From Eledone cirrhosa (Eukaryota), in assembly GCA_964016885.1 (NCBI GenBank), contig OZ024741.1:214830001-214894000 (forward strand): a stretch of 64,000 nt of DNA, in the 5' to 3' direction. A program made the position numbers and the translations under genes. Shown one piece after another: positions 25,741-39,299 of the stretch. The notes below the pieces were generated by a model. That model had not been told where the DNA came from. It was given only the letters and a program-made list of their open reading frames with translations, and searched no databases. Position 1 is the first letter of the stretch. Every line of letters starts with the position of its first letter.

Positions 25741-28700
25741 GGAAGTCAAGCGATTCGTTCGACGCACGAAGCTACAGCCACATTTTCATCAAACCCCACC
25801 GGCTCCGAACGCTCCAGACCCATTTCTCGCCCTGGGCCGACGACCATCGTCTTGGACGCCGGCACCAGGGCAATTTAGCACCCTGGACGCGTTCGTCGAC
25901 GCCTGCCGTAGCGCAGTAAATCGCTTCGACTTCTGCCACCGTTCCAAACGGCATAACATCTCACGGGGCGAACTCCTCGCTCTCCGCTCCTCCCTTACCC
26001 GAGATGACATCATCAACAAACCGGCGGACAAGGGAGGCGCCGTGGTGGTGTGGTGCGCTGACATCTACACGGCCGAGGCCCCTAGGCAGCTCCGTAACCC
26101 CCTATTCTACCGCCCTCTACCCTCCGACCCACACCAACAACAAGTTTCCTCCACCATCCAACACCTTGTCTCCTCCTCCCTCCTCTCTCCCACCGCTTCC
26201 CACTTCATCTTCCGCACACACCGCACCCCACTATCTACTTCCTCCCCATCTCCACAAACCCGACAACCCCGGCCACCCCATCGTCTCCGCTAGCAACTGC
26301 CCCAAGGAACTCATCTCCGCTTTTCTTGACTCCATCCTCGCCCCCTTGGCAGCACCCTCCATTCCCCCATCCCCTCCACCTCCACCCTCCTTCGCCGCAC
26401 CGAGCTGGTCCTCACCCTCAACTGCTTCTCCTTCTCGGGTGAGTTTTACCAACAGGTCATGGGGGTAGCACAAGAATGGGCCCAAACTATGCCAACCTTT
26501 TCGTTGGCCATGTTGAGGCCCAAATCTTTGCCCGGTATACCGGCCCCACGCCCGAACTGTACGGTCGTTACATCGACGACTGTATCGGATCCACGACCTT
26601 CACCCGAGAACAGCTCGACTCCTTTCTCTCCTTCTTCTGCTCCTTCCACCCCTCTCTCCACGTCACCACCTCTATCTCTACCACCCACGTCCACTTCTTA
26701 GACATCTCCGTCACCATCGACCCCTCCCGCCACTCCCTCGTCCCCTCCGCCTTCTTCAAACCCACTGACTCCCACTCCTACCTCGACTTCACCTCCCACC
26801 CTACTCCCAACTCCTCCGGATCCCCGCCTCTGCAGCGGAGATGCTGACTTTTGAGTGCCACGCCCTTTCACTAGTCAGCCATTTCATCCGGAGAGGTTTA
26901 ACCCCCCCCCTCGTTCACACCACCTTCACTCGCACCCGTGTTGTCCACCGTCCACCACCCTCACCCCACGCCACCGCACACCAACCCACCGTCTCGCCTT
27001 CCCCATCACCTACCACCCTCCACCCTTCCCCTCCACCGCACCATCCTCCAACACCAGTCCGACCCCTCCACCTCCCCCATATTCCTATCCACAGCCCTCC
27101 CCTCCTTCAAACGCACGCGCAATCTCCGCACCCTCCTCGTCTACAGCTCCCTACACGCCAACCCAAACATTTCTTCCTCCCCCCCCCGGTTCCCTTCCCT
27201 ATCCAGGCCTCGCTGCCACACCTGACCCCACATCACCAACACCACTACCTTCCAGGGTCCCAACGGCCACTCTCTCTCTGTCCGGCATGCCTTCCGCTGC
27301 ACCTCCTCCAACCTCGTCTATGGACTTCGCCGCACTCCGTGCACCGCAACCTACGTCGGACAGACTGGACGTCGCCCGGTGGACCGTTTCACTGAACACC
27401 TCCGCGATATTCGTCTCGGCGGGAGTTCCCCCATCGCCCGCCACTTTGCCCCCCCCCCCCCCACGGACATTCCGCCCACCACCTCACAGTTTGTGGCCTA
27501 CTCCAATGCTATGGAACACCCGCCACCCCCTCACAGTCGAAAAACACACTATCTTCACCCTACAGACCAACACACCCCCCGGCCTGAACTCCCCACTCCT
27601 ATTCCTTTAGCCTTCGACCGCCCAACTTTCCACCCCGCACATCACCCACATAACACCACTAACACACTCCTCCATTACACCGCTCCACCCCTTGGCCCAC
27701 CCCACAACTAATAATACTGACACTCATCCAAACACGCACACACACACACCAGTACACTACACTCCCTCCTTCGTCCCCAACACCTTTTCTCTCCCTCTCC
27801 CTCTCCCTCTCCCCACTCCACCTACACCCCTTCACACACACACATCCCACTAACACCTCTACTAATATACACCCCATCCCCCCACATCACCACCTTCCCC
27901 CTCCACCTTTCACACCTACCCATCCTCTCCCCTGTCCACCGCACCTCCGACACACAGACACACAGTCCTCACCACATACCGACCATTCCTCCACCTGTCA
28001 TCCCCCTCTACTGCTATCTCTTCACCCTGCCTTGACCCTCTGACCACTTCCCGTTGCGCGAGCACCCCACATCTTTCCACTTCCGACCACCACCACTAAT
28101 GGATTCCACACCACCGGTCATCGGTCCAGCTATCCACTCTATAACATGAGAAATATCCAACATCTTATCGCACACTCCCCGGAACTACCTTAGTGACTTA
28201 CCCACGAACAAACACTCACATTTGTTTTCGAACCACGCCACCTACATCCACACCACGTATAAACACAAACACACACGTGCGTAACCCCACATATACACAC
28301 TCAGCCTCCCTCCCCACCCTCTGACCCCTCTCTATCCATACGCACGCATTCACCGAATTACACGCCACCCCATGCACACACCTTTTCCTGAACATGGAAC
28401 CTCGTTCTTTCCCAACTCTCAGATTCACATACACACACACACACACACACACGTACACCTACACACATACACAAACACCACCTTCAGCCCTCCCTGCTCG
28501 GACCCCCCGCCTCCCTCTCCCAACTCTACCCACCACTTGTTTATTTTTATGTTTATTTTTATTTTTATTTGTACTTCTGCGATCGTTTTTCCTCCCTTTT
28601 CCCACCCCCCCTTTTTTCTAAATGTCTTTCCACCACTCCCCCACACACCCTCGGAACTATCTTCCTACCCACTTTTCTCCTGATGAAGGGCTTATGCCCG

Positions 28701-28790
28701 AAACGCCCCCCCCCCCCCACACGCACTCTCACAAGCGTGAACCTAATAAACTCATATTTGTACTGCCTCTCTGTTTTTGTTCCCGTCTAA
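25741..28790 (+). mobile_element. Decayed Neptune-type Penelope-like element (RT and GIY-YIG at 25741-27610; long 3' UTR ending in a degenerate HHR)
   Basis: Motifs KPADKGGAVVVW, LHKPDNPGHPIVS, MGPNYANLFVG, RYIDDC, HFLDISV, KPTDSHSYL, CTSSNLVY..TYVGQTGR, RFTEHLRDI, TLQTNTPPGLN. CTGATGAAGGGCTTATGCCCGAAACG at 28680, then AATAAA. Confidence 0.9.
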
Positions 28791-28985
28791 GATTTAACTA
28801 TAACTATATATATATATATATATTCTTTTACTCTTTTACCTGTTCCACCCATCCAGCTGAGGCCAGGCCATGCTGGGGCACCATATTCATATATATTTAT
28901 ATTTCCCTACATAAAATGTTTTCCCGTTTCTTCTACATCTTGCTTGATCCCGTCAATCTTTTTATTTCTTTTAGCCATCATTCCT

Positions 28986-29021
28986 TCTTTTGATGATGGA
29001 CTAACCTCCGAAACATTAAGA
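28986..29021 (+). ncRNA. Degenerate hammerhead motif (related copy at ~21500-21530, -)
   Basis: TCTT-TTGATGA-TGGA(CTAACC)TCC-GAAACATT-AAGA; two substitutions relative to the consensus. Confidence 0.4.
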
Positions 29022-29930
29022 CTCTTTTCCTACAAGCATTCAATTAATATTTTCTTCATTGGAATCTATCCTTCCCATATGTGTTTTCGTTTACTGTTTC
29101 GCACATATATATATTCATACATATTTACAGAATAAACATTTGTTTAACTTATGAAGCATTGAGTAAATTTGAAATATATTCGCTACAGACAGAGCGGTAC
29201 TCAACATCTATCAACCCTTTGTCGTATTGTTTAAACGCCCTCGTACGGTATGAAGGAGAGACACATTTGAATTACTGGCGTGTGTCTCTGACTACTTCTT
29301 TGCCTCACCATAGGTACTTCTATCCAACTTATTCAAGTTTAGCTTTGTCTTTCATCTTTACGGGGTCGATGAATTAAATCGGCAGTAACGAACTGGGCGC
29401 CGATTTAATCGACTTTACACTTCCCTTAAAATTGCTGGCTTTTTTCCAAATGTTGAAACAATTATCTATAGTTATCTTCATCGTGGCGATATTATTTTCA
29501 CATTTCCTAATGTTTCGTAAGTGAACCAAATCTTATTTGATCACAGTAACGAAACCATGTTGAAGCCTTCAACAGACACCGGTACCATTTATTTACTACC
29601 CAGAGATAATTTACCGTGATACAATGTATGATAAGGCTGGTCTTTTGAATTACAGATACAACTCATGGTTTGCCAGCGGGCAAGAACAACTTGAAATAAA
29701 ATTTCTTCCAGACGGGCATCAAAATCACCACCAAACACCGTAACCACACGGCCACTCGCATTCGTGCTATATGTTCTAAGCTATATTTGTATGTATGTAA
29801 GAACCAGTAATTCCCGGTGGAGTAGTAAATGCGCCGTGGTGTCATACAGCGTCTCTGAACATTTTTAACACCTGGCGGAGCTATTTTCTCTTCAGGTCTG
29901 GACACAGCCTATATCTTCCAGAGAAGAAGA

Positions 29931-30022
<92 letters not shown>

Positions 30023-30545
30023 TTACAGAGAAATGTGAAAGAGATATAGAGGAAGAATCGACCCTTGTATTGGACTGGTACTTTTTTTATCGACCTCGAA
30101 AACATGATATGTAAAATTGAGCATGGTGGTATTTGAACTCAGAGTTAAGACATCCGAAACGAACACCGCAAAGCATTCACTGCTGAGTTCTAAAGAATCT
30201 GCCAATTCGTTGCCTCCATGCTATACTTACATTCACAATAGTTCTATTCATATCCAAACACATGCAAACAGTTTAAATACCGTATGCACCAACTTGACAG
30301 TTTCATAAATATCTTGCAATGGTGTCAAAACAGATATTAAATACTAGTTAGCTTCACTTACATTTCGGTATTTACACAGATATTTGATAATACTTTTAAC
30401 GCCTTCTTTCTATCTGCTATTGACTACTATCATAATTCTTCATTTCATTATGACATATACGATATAGCCAATGTGATACTTGGCTTACAGTCGCCGCCTC
30501 ATCATATTAACATAGCATGTAAAACATAGACACAATATTCATATA

Positions 30546-30631
<86 letters not shown>

Positions 30632-30647
30632 TATATATATATATATC

Positions 30648-31264
30648 ACACCGATCATTATAATAAATGTTCGGTGAATCCATACGTACATATATATATG
30701 TGTGCATGTATGTATATATATATATACATACTACTGTACGTCTGTATACATATATGTATGTACGTGTACATACTTATATATAAGTAACAGCCGTACTAAG
30801 AGTGGGAAATGAAATTTCGTTTCATTTTTTCCGTTTATCGTTTTCGGTGCACCCGGCCGATTAACCCACTCGATATGCAAATTAGGCTGCTCAGCCGTTA
30901 ATATGCATAAGGAAAGTATATACTTTCAGACGTTCAATCATCTGGCAGGAAGGTATATGTTGCTGACGATAGCTAATAAGGTTGAAACTAGTACAGCGTT
31001 CCTTTGTCAGTGTTGAACAAACGAGCAACGATGGTTGCTAGACACTACGGCTTAATACGTGATGTTTGTTTACACCGAGCATTATAATAAATGTTCGGTG
31101 AATCCATACGTACATATATATATATATATATATGTGTGCATGTATGTATATATATATACATACTACTGTACGTCTGTATACATATATGTATGTACGTGTA
31201 CATACTTATATTTAAGTAACAGCCGTACTAAGAGTGGCAAATGTAATTTCGTTTCATTTTTTCC

Positions 31265-31266
<2 letters not shown>
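30648..31266 (+). mobile_element. Family W: 1.4-mer of a ~425-bp HHR-bearing non-coding unit
   Basis: Direct repeats at 30648-30834 and 31072-31266, with an HHR at 30958-30998 between them. Confidence 0.8.
30958..30998 (+). ncRNA. Minimal type I hammerhead motif (family W)
   Basis: TGTTG-CTGACGA-TAGC(TAATAAG)GTT-GAA-ACTAGT-A^CAGCG. Stem I extends via CTGGCA..AAGG / CCTT.TGTCAG. Confidence 0.7.
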
Positions 31267-31302
<36 letters not shown>

Positions 31303-31304
31303 TA

Positions 31305-32235
31305 TTGGAGCTCTGAAATAGCAATATATATATGGATGTATATATAATGTATTTTGCAATAGACTTTATGCTTAATTAAAAGCATTTTGAAGACCGTAAG
31401 CTATTGTTTTAAAGTAGTGACAAATTCACTCACTTTGATCTCAGCAAACAGGGGAGATAAGCCGACAAGACTTGTTTCGCTTTGGTTAAAGCTTATCAAG
31501 GCCAACTACCCCACCTGTCTACTGAGATCATTGATGTTATATTCTTATAGAAATCTAGTAAATAATTAGGAGCTGATTATGCAGGCAGAAATTAAAAATT
31601 AGAATTGGAGCTCTGAAATAGCAATATATATATGGATGTATATATAATGTATTTTGCAATACACTTTATGCTTAATTAAAAGCATTTTGAAGACCGTAAG
31701 CTATTGTTTTAAAGTAGTGACAAATTCACTCACTTTGATCTCAGCAAACAGGGGAGATAAGCCGACAAGACTTGTTTCGCTTTGGTTGAAGCTTATCAAG
31801 GCCAACTACCCCCACCTGTCTACTACTTGTCACTACTTTAAAACAATAGCTTACGGTCTTCAAAATGCTTTTAATTAAGCTTAAAGTGTATTGCAAAATA
31901 CATTATATATACATCCATATATATATTGCTATTTCAGAGCTGCAATTCTAATTTTTAATTTCTGCCTGACCAACAACCGCTCTGCATAATCAGCTCCTGA
32001 TTATTTACTAGATTTCTATAAGAATATAACATCAATGATCTCAGTAGACAGGTGGGGTAGTTGGCCTTGATAAGCTTCAACCAAAGCGAAACAAGTCTTG
32101 TCGGCTTATCTCCCCTGTTTGCTGAGATCAAAGTGAGTGAATTTGTCACTACTTTAAAACAATAGCTTACGGTCTTCAAAATGCTTTTAATTAAGTATAA
32201 AGTCTATTGCAAAATACATTATATATACATCCATA
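31305..32235. mobile_element. Family V: tandem 300-bp HHR-bearing units followed by an inverted tandem block (retrozyme-like)
   Basis: 31305-31524 repeats at +300. From ~31827 the unit runs inverted with a period of ~315. HHRs at 31460-31503(-), 31760-31803(-) and 32063-32106(+). Confidence 0.9.
32063..32106 (+). ncRNA. Type I hammerhead motif with U3-A8 core (family V)
   Basis: GGCC-TTGATAA-GCTT(CAACCA)AAGC-GAA-ACAAG(T)CTTGT-C^GGCT. Long stem I extension GATCTCAGTAGACAGG / CCTGTTTGCTGAGATC. Confidence 0.75.
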
Positions 32236-32272
32236 TATATATACATATATGTATTTATGTATATACATACAC

Positions 32273-32388
<116 letters not shown>

Positions 32389-32530
32389 GCGTATGTGCAT
32401 ATATATACATGAGTACACACGCATATACACACATGTGCATATATGTATATATATATACATACACACACACACATATATATATATACATGTGCGTATGCGC
32501 ATATATATGCATCCGTACACACACATAAGT

Positions 32531-32790
32531 GGAGGCACGTGGCCTAGTGGTAAGGGTGTTGGACTTACGATCATAATATCGTGGACTGGATTCCTGGGTT
32601 GCGTGTTGTGTTCTTGAGCAAAACACTTCATTTCACGTTGCTCCAGTATACTCAGCTGAAAATGAGTACCAGCAATAGCTGGAGATTTAACCCTGCGATT
32701 TAACCCTAGCGTCCTGTCCAGGAGGAGTGTTGTACTCTCATTCGCTTCACGCCATGAAACCGGGATAAGCACCGGCCAAATGACCCTTCT
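32531..32790 (+). mobile_element. tRNA-derived CORE-like SINE
   Basis: A-box TGGCCTAGTGG, degenerate B-box GGACTGGATTCC, then GTTCTTGAGCAAAACACTT. Confidence 0.75.
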
Positions 32791-33802
32791 GGCTTAAGAC
32801 AGACTTTTGACTCTTCTTTTTAGACACACACATATGTATATGCATACAAACACAGACACACGTATATTCATATACATACGTGTATGTATGCGTATATACG
32901 TATGTGTGTATATGTGTGTGTACTCATGCGTATATGTGGGTGTATGTGGCCATGCATATGTATGTAAATGTATATATATATATACCGTTTTACACACTTG
33001 TCTGAAATCTAGAAATATATCGTCCTGTAAATGTGATAAGAATCGCTTGAGTTTTCACTCTGTAACATCCTCTCTATATAACTCCCTTTCTGTCTCCCCC
33101 TCTTTCTCTCTCCCCCCTCTCTCTCTCTCTATAAAACTTCATGCAATAATTTTTTTTTTGTTCTATATGTATACATATGTATACATATGTATATATGTGT
33201 ATGTGTTTTCTGTGTTTGCAGCTCACTCTTCATCTCTGTATATATATATATATAAGTAAATAATCGAGAATCAGAATCTCGGCCCATGAAATAACGATAA
33301 ACAATCTTCGACATGTGTGGCAGAGGGCTCAATAGTTTGGATGAACCAGAGCTATAACTATCGTTAAAATACCAACACATAGAGACGATGCCTAGAATCA
33401 TTCGCACAGCCGAATAAAACGACCAGGAAAATTCGGGTCACTCAAATAATAAATTAATAAATTAATAAATTAAATGAATGTAAAAACTCACCCGGACCCG
33501 CTAGAAGGATGTTAAATTCTAGCTTTTGGGGTTTCTGCAGTTCCTTAATCAATTACTGTCAGCCCACATAAAAAAATATATCTGACTTCTAGTAAAGAGA
33601 TGAACGTGGAAAACTGCTTTCTCAGCGGATGTTTCGTTCAAAAATACAGGGAAACCTGTTACTGGACGCACGTGTAGTCCAGCAAGGGAGGGAACCTCTA
33701 TATTTGGCGAAAGAATTCAGTAAGTGTAAATTTTGTAAGAATACAAAAAATCACATATCGAATAAGAGTTCTCAACAGACGTGTTAAAATAAACAAGAGC
33801 TA

Positions 33803-33847
<45 letters not shown>

Positions 33848-33857
33848 TATATATTAT

Positions 33858-34211
33858 CTTCTCTCCCGTCTTTCGCCGAAAAGACTTAAGTGAAATAGTC
33901 GCTACTTTAAAACCAATAGCGTAAGGTCTTCTAAATGTTTTTAATTAAACATACGGTATATTGAAAATATACTATACATACATTCATGTATACATCGCTA
34001 TTTCAGAGCACCAATCCTAATACCTAATTTTTGCTGGACCGGCAATCGCTCTGTATAGTCAGCTCCTGATTATTACTAGAATTCTTTAAGAATCCAGCTT
34101 CTATAATTTTCGGCGGAAGAGGGAGTGCGTGGCTCTGATGATCGTCAAACAGCACGAAACAGACTGTTAGCTTCTCTCCCTTCTTTCGCTGAAAAGAAGT
34201 AAGTGAACTGG

Positions 34212-34216
<5 letters not shown>
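33858..34216 (+). mobile_element. Diverged family V monomer (313 bp) with a ~45-bp terminal repeat; HHR at 34131-34172
   Basis: CTTCTCTCCC.TCTTTCGC.GAAAAGA..TAAGTGAA at 33858 and 34171. Body aligns with 31827-32140. HHR reads GGCT-CTGATGA..GAA-ACAG(A)CTGT-T^AGCT. Confidence 0.8.
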
Positions 34217-34283
<67 letters not shown>

Positions 34284-34467
34284 AAACGAAAGGAACTGTG
34301 TGGTTACTGTAAACAAAGTTTAAGATGGTTGTATGGATGAAACAAAAGAAGAAAATAAATCCTTCATCAGCTGTAAAACCGAGATCAAGATGTTTCGGCG
34401 CTTAATACAGGACATCTAAAAGCGGTCAGGTAAACCGACCAAATAGTGTGGGGACACAGGACAATGG

Positions 34468-34725
<258 letters not shown>

Positions 34726-35785
34726 TAATCTATAAATGGTTTTCTACGTAACTGTTTGGCGCAAGGCCAGCAATTAATCCAGTACGTTACTGGTACTTTA
34801 TTTTATCGACCCCGTAAGGTTGAAAGGCAAAGTTAACCTCGGCGGGATTTGAACTCTGGCCGTAAAGGGACGTAACTCTATGTTGCAAAGCATGGCATCC
34901 GATCCTCTACCGATACTGCCAAACCATTCTATTATATACTTTTGATGGAATAGTATGTAATAACGAATACCCTTGCGTTGTGAAACCATGGATGTAATAA
35001 CACTCTTCGGAATTGGTATAATGACACTCGTTGGCCATTCTTTCACCATCGTGTTGCTTTGATATATCATGTTAAGCCTATGATATAGAGTTCAAGGAGA
35101 TATTGTGAGAATTGTGGTGATTCCCATATCTCCAAAGGGGTACAATCAACTTCTACAGCCGTCCCTCATCTTTATTCTCTTATTGTTTTACTCAACTTTC
35201 CCAGAGTAAAGAAACCTTCATTAAACAGTAACGATTGTTCCACCACTGAAGAGATGATACAGTCAGTGTCAGATATTACTAAAAAAAAATGGTCTGAGAC
35301 CATCTCTGCTCTGGTTTTGAAATCAAAGTCTTGATGGGTAGCAAAGATGATGATAGAATATATACACGCACACACGTATACTCACACTCACACACATATA
35401 CACACACTCACACACACGCACACACGCCGCCCCTCAACACACACACATTATACAATCAAGATACTTACCTGGGTATATAATCACATGAGTATTAGATAAT
35501 ATAGTAGTGACGTCTTATGGTTTTACGCTGACGTCACTAGACTCCGACAGTATCACCTTAGCAATAACCTAGCCATCTTGTAGTGATATATGGAAGCACA
35601 GATGGACAAGTATCTATATTGATCGCTCATAAATATATAAAAAAATAGATTTATAGCTTTTGAGATAATTGTCGTTTATGGGCGCCGAATTGTTAGAGTC
35701 ATCTACCACAGCCTCGAGGTGACCAATTGTGTGTGGGACTTGTTAGACGAGGAGTGCAGAAGCCCGACGAGTGTATGTAAATATA

Positions 35786-36120
35786 CAGTTGTCCCCCAGT
35801 ATTTGCTGGGTTTACGTTCCTAGACCACCCTCAAAGAGTGAGAAACCGCGAATATAGAACGTGGTCCATAAAAACTATAAACGTCAAAATATAACATAAA
35901 ATATGATTTTTAAAAAATGAGGGAGCGTCCAATGGGCCAACTAATACAGTTTACTGTTATTAATTATTTAGTGTTAAAAAGAGACAAATAAATCGCGGAA
36001 GATATTTACGATTCCGCGAATATGAGTTGGTTTCCATGAACAATTATCAATTATATTCTAAGGAAAATTCCCGGATAACCGGGCTCGCGATTGCCAGTGA
36101 TTGCTCGCGATTGCCACTCT
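35786..36120. mobile_element. Possible Tigger/pogo-like non-autonomous DNA transposon relic
   Basis: TA|CAGTTGTCCCCCAGTATTTGCTGGGTTTACGTTCCTAGACC resembles Tigger/MER2-type termini. The right TIR is not clear. Confidence 0.4.
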
Positions 36121-36226
36121 ATATGTTTACCGCTTCCAAGGATATTTTACACGAGTTTCTCAAATATTTATAGTGATCAGGTATTATAATTATGGTCATT
36201 TGTATCGACACGCATACAGATACACA

Positions 36227-36276
<50 letters not shown>

Positions 36277-36324
36277 CACACACACACACATACGCACATA
36301 TACACACACACATACACACATACA

Positions 36325-36384
<60 letters not shown>

Positions 36385-36628
36385 GAGAGATATATATATA
36401 TATATATATATGCATGAGTGTTGGGAGAGGGTGTGTAAACAAGGTTATGGTTGACTAAATAATATGAAAATCTAGTCACCACACTGCCGAAATCTATAAT
36501 AATAATTGATGTTAAATAATACTCTAATCACACCAGGAGTTCGAATAAAAGTACACTACGGCGCCGGTGGGGTATCAAACCACGTATATCTCTTGTATGC
36601 CGGGCAATGGCGTTTAACTATTACGCCC

Positions 36629-36704
<76 letters not shown>

Positions 36705-36723
36705 GGGCATAATGGTTAAACGG

Positions 36724-37206
36724 CGTTGCCCGGTATATATATATGTTGATTTAAAACTGCACTATCCACAAGTGTTTTTTAACCTTCATATCATGTCTTC
36801 CTATTTTATCTGATGAAAACACAAATGTTATTACATGATGATATTTGTTTTTGAAATGCGCATAATAAAATACATGGAACTCTTTTAACCATCTTTTGAT
36901 CTTATATATTATATATATATATAATGTAGAAGGTGAGTAATATTGTAGAACAATAAAACTATGCATATATCAGATAAGTAGCACTCAACAGTTGGTAGAA
37001 CTGGAGTTTATATAATAAAGAAGAAATCAAAAGATGGTTAAAAGAGTTCCATATATTTTATTATGCGCATTTCGAAAACAAAATCATCCTGGGACAAAAA
37101 CTGTGTATCTGATGAGACAACAATTTTTGTCCCAGGATGATTTTGTATTCGAAATGCCCATCATAAAATATATCGAACTCTTTTAACCATCTTTTAATTT
37201 CTTCTT

Positions 37207-37210
<4 letters not shown>
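36724..37210. repeat. Two family X copies: forward copy with an intact HHR (36804-36870) and a diverged foldback centred at ~37110
   Basis: Direct similarity to 15710-15876. AAAATCATCCTGGGACAAAAA pairs with TTTTTGTCCCAGGATGATTTT. Confidence 0.85.
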
Positions 37211-37246
<36 letters not shown>

Positions 37247-37300
37247 ATAGAGAAAACGATGAAGTTTCGTTTACATATGAAAAATATTTATTGCATATCG

Positions 37301-37394
37301 ACCTCTTACGCGTGTTTCGCAGAGAATTGGCTCTCAAGGTGACCCATATGAGTTATGGACCCAACTCCAGTAGCTATCTGCTCCTCAGACTGGT
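37301..37394 (-). ncRNA. Hammerhead-like motif with long stem II and imperfect stem I
   Basis: Minus strand: CTGAGGA-GCAGA..TCTGC-GAA-ACACGCGT-A. Confidence 0.5.
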
Positions 37395-37423
37395 GATTCG
37401 ACAAAATTTCACCGTACTACCTA

Positions 37424-37513
<90 letters not shown>

Positions 37514-37689
37514 ATATTTATATAGTTTAGCAGTACCAGTGAGAGACTTGATGACTGTCGTTAGGGAATAGTAACCAGAAATTGTTTTTTTATATTTTTA
37601 ACATTCTTGGTATTCTTCTATATATTTACTCCATATTGATTTATTATTGTTTCGACTTCCCCCCCCCCCCCCTAGTATACTTGCTTGGC

Positions 37690-38066
37690 CACCTGCCCTG
37701 CTGTAGTTGGCACTATCAACGCACAACTGGGTTTCCTCCACTCCCTCTCCCTCTTTCTTCTACTGGCAGGTTCAGCTACCCCTTCCTTCCACAAATTGCC
37801 ATGATAGAATTATGTGTCTCAACAACAAACTTTTGACCAATCCTTGTGACAATCACTTTTACCATATATGGAATTACCCCCTGAGAAGCTGGGCTATTCA
37901 TATACCAGGATAAAAATGTTCATTTAGTCCAGAATTAGCCGTCGAAACGGCTTGAGCTCAGCCGTCGGGGTCCTACACGCTCCTATTACCCACTCTACTA
38001 CCCTAAGTATTGAGTACTTTGGTGCGTTATTGTCCACCTAGTTCCTTACCACATTTCCTTCGTTAT
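37690..38066 (+). repeat. Solo diverged family Y (Naiad) pLTR; HHR-like motif at 37876-37971
   Basis: Aligns with 5170-5512. ACCCC-CTGAGAA..GAAACGGC(TTGAGCTCA)GCCGTC^GGGGT. Confidence 0.75.
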
Positions 38067-38104
38067 ATATATATATTCAATTCTGTTTTAAATTTCTCTG
38101 TGTA

Positions 38105-38151
<47 letters not shown>

Positions 38152-38204
38152 CAGGAAAGAAGGTTTACATGGTTTGCTATACAAAAAAGTTTTTAATCAC
38201 ATAG

Positions 38205-38310
<106 letters not shown>

Positions 38311-38761
38311 TGGATGTGTATCTGTGTCTGTTTCTGTGTATGTTCGTATGTATGGGGATGGGGTCTTGCATGCGAGTATATATGTGTATATATGTATTAT
38401 GTCTACATATAGATATTTGGAAATGATTGAGATTGTCAAAAGAGTACAGGAGCACACTGGAGCCTTAATGTATATTTGTAAATCCAGTTCTATATTTCTA
38501 TAATTCACTACTTCCTCTTCAAATCCCATTTGGGTTTGAATATATTATATGAATGCTTTTCATATGTAATTTCCAATTTTGGCGAATGGAATGGAATCAC
38601 ACCAGGCTTCTGTGTATTGCTATTGTTTTTATCCAGAGGGTTGGGCAATAGTCTTTTGACTTAGTGTGTCACTTTGAAAATCTATTGAAACGGAGATAAG
38701 GCGAAAATGAGAAATTTAAAACAGAATTGAATATATTTATATATATATATATGTGTGTTTG

Positions 38762-38850
<89 letters not shown>

Positions 38851-38986
38851 GTGTGTGTGTGTGTATATATATGTATATACATATATATGTGTGTGTCTAT
38901 ATAAGTATATATATATGTGTATATATATATATATAAATATATATATAAAGCAATAAACATGTATGTATATGTATGTATATACCTAT

Positions 38987-39038
<52 letters not shown>

Positions 39039-39060
39039 ATGTGTGTGTATATATACCTAT

Positions 39061-39106
<46 letters not shown>

Positions 39107-39108
39107 AT

Positions 39109-39151
<43 letters not shown>

Positions 39152-39267
39152 GCAATACCTATGGATACAAAATGTAAACATATGTCTCCAATACTTGGTG
39201 GGTGTATTCCTCCCAACCCCTCCCTCTCCCTCTCTTTCTCACTCTCCCCCTCTCACCCTTTCCCTCC

Positions 39268-39299
<32 letters not shown>

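Noticed and set aside
31387-32179. Three repeated ORFs MKTVSYCFKVV...
   Set aside because: They come from the tandem and inverted family V unit, start at TTG, lie antisense to the HHR, and are not conserved in the 33858 copy.
32531-32600. tRNA-like sequence
   Set aside because: It has a degenerate B-box and continues into a SINE body, so it is a SINE head and not a tRNA gene.
34330-34400. CTGATGAAGGA on the minus strand, and CTGATGACGAAACG at ~45825-45840 (-)
   Set aside because: No consistent set of stems I-III could be assembled, so they were not counted as ribozymes.
38420-38680. Minus-strand LPNPLDK...PGV, possibly a Penelope endonuclease remnant
   Set aside because: Too degraded to support a call.
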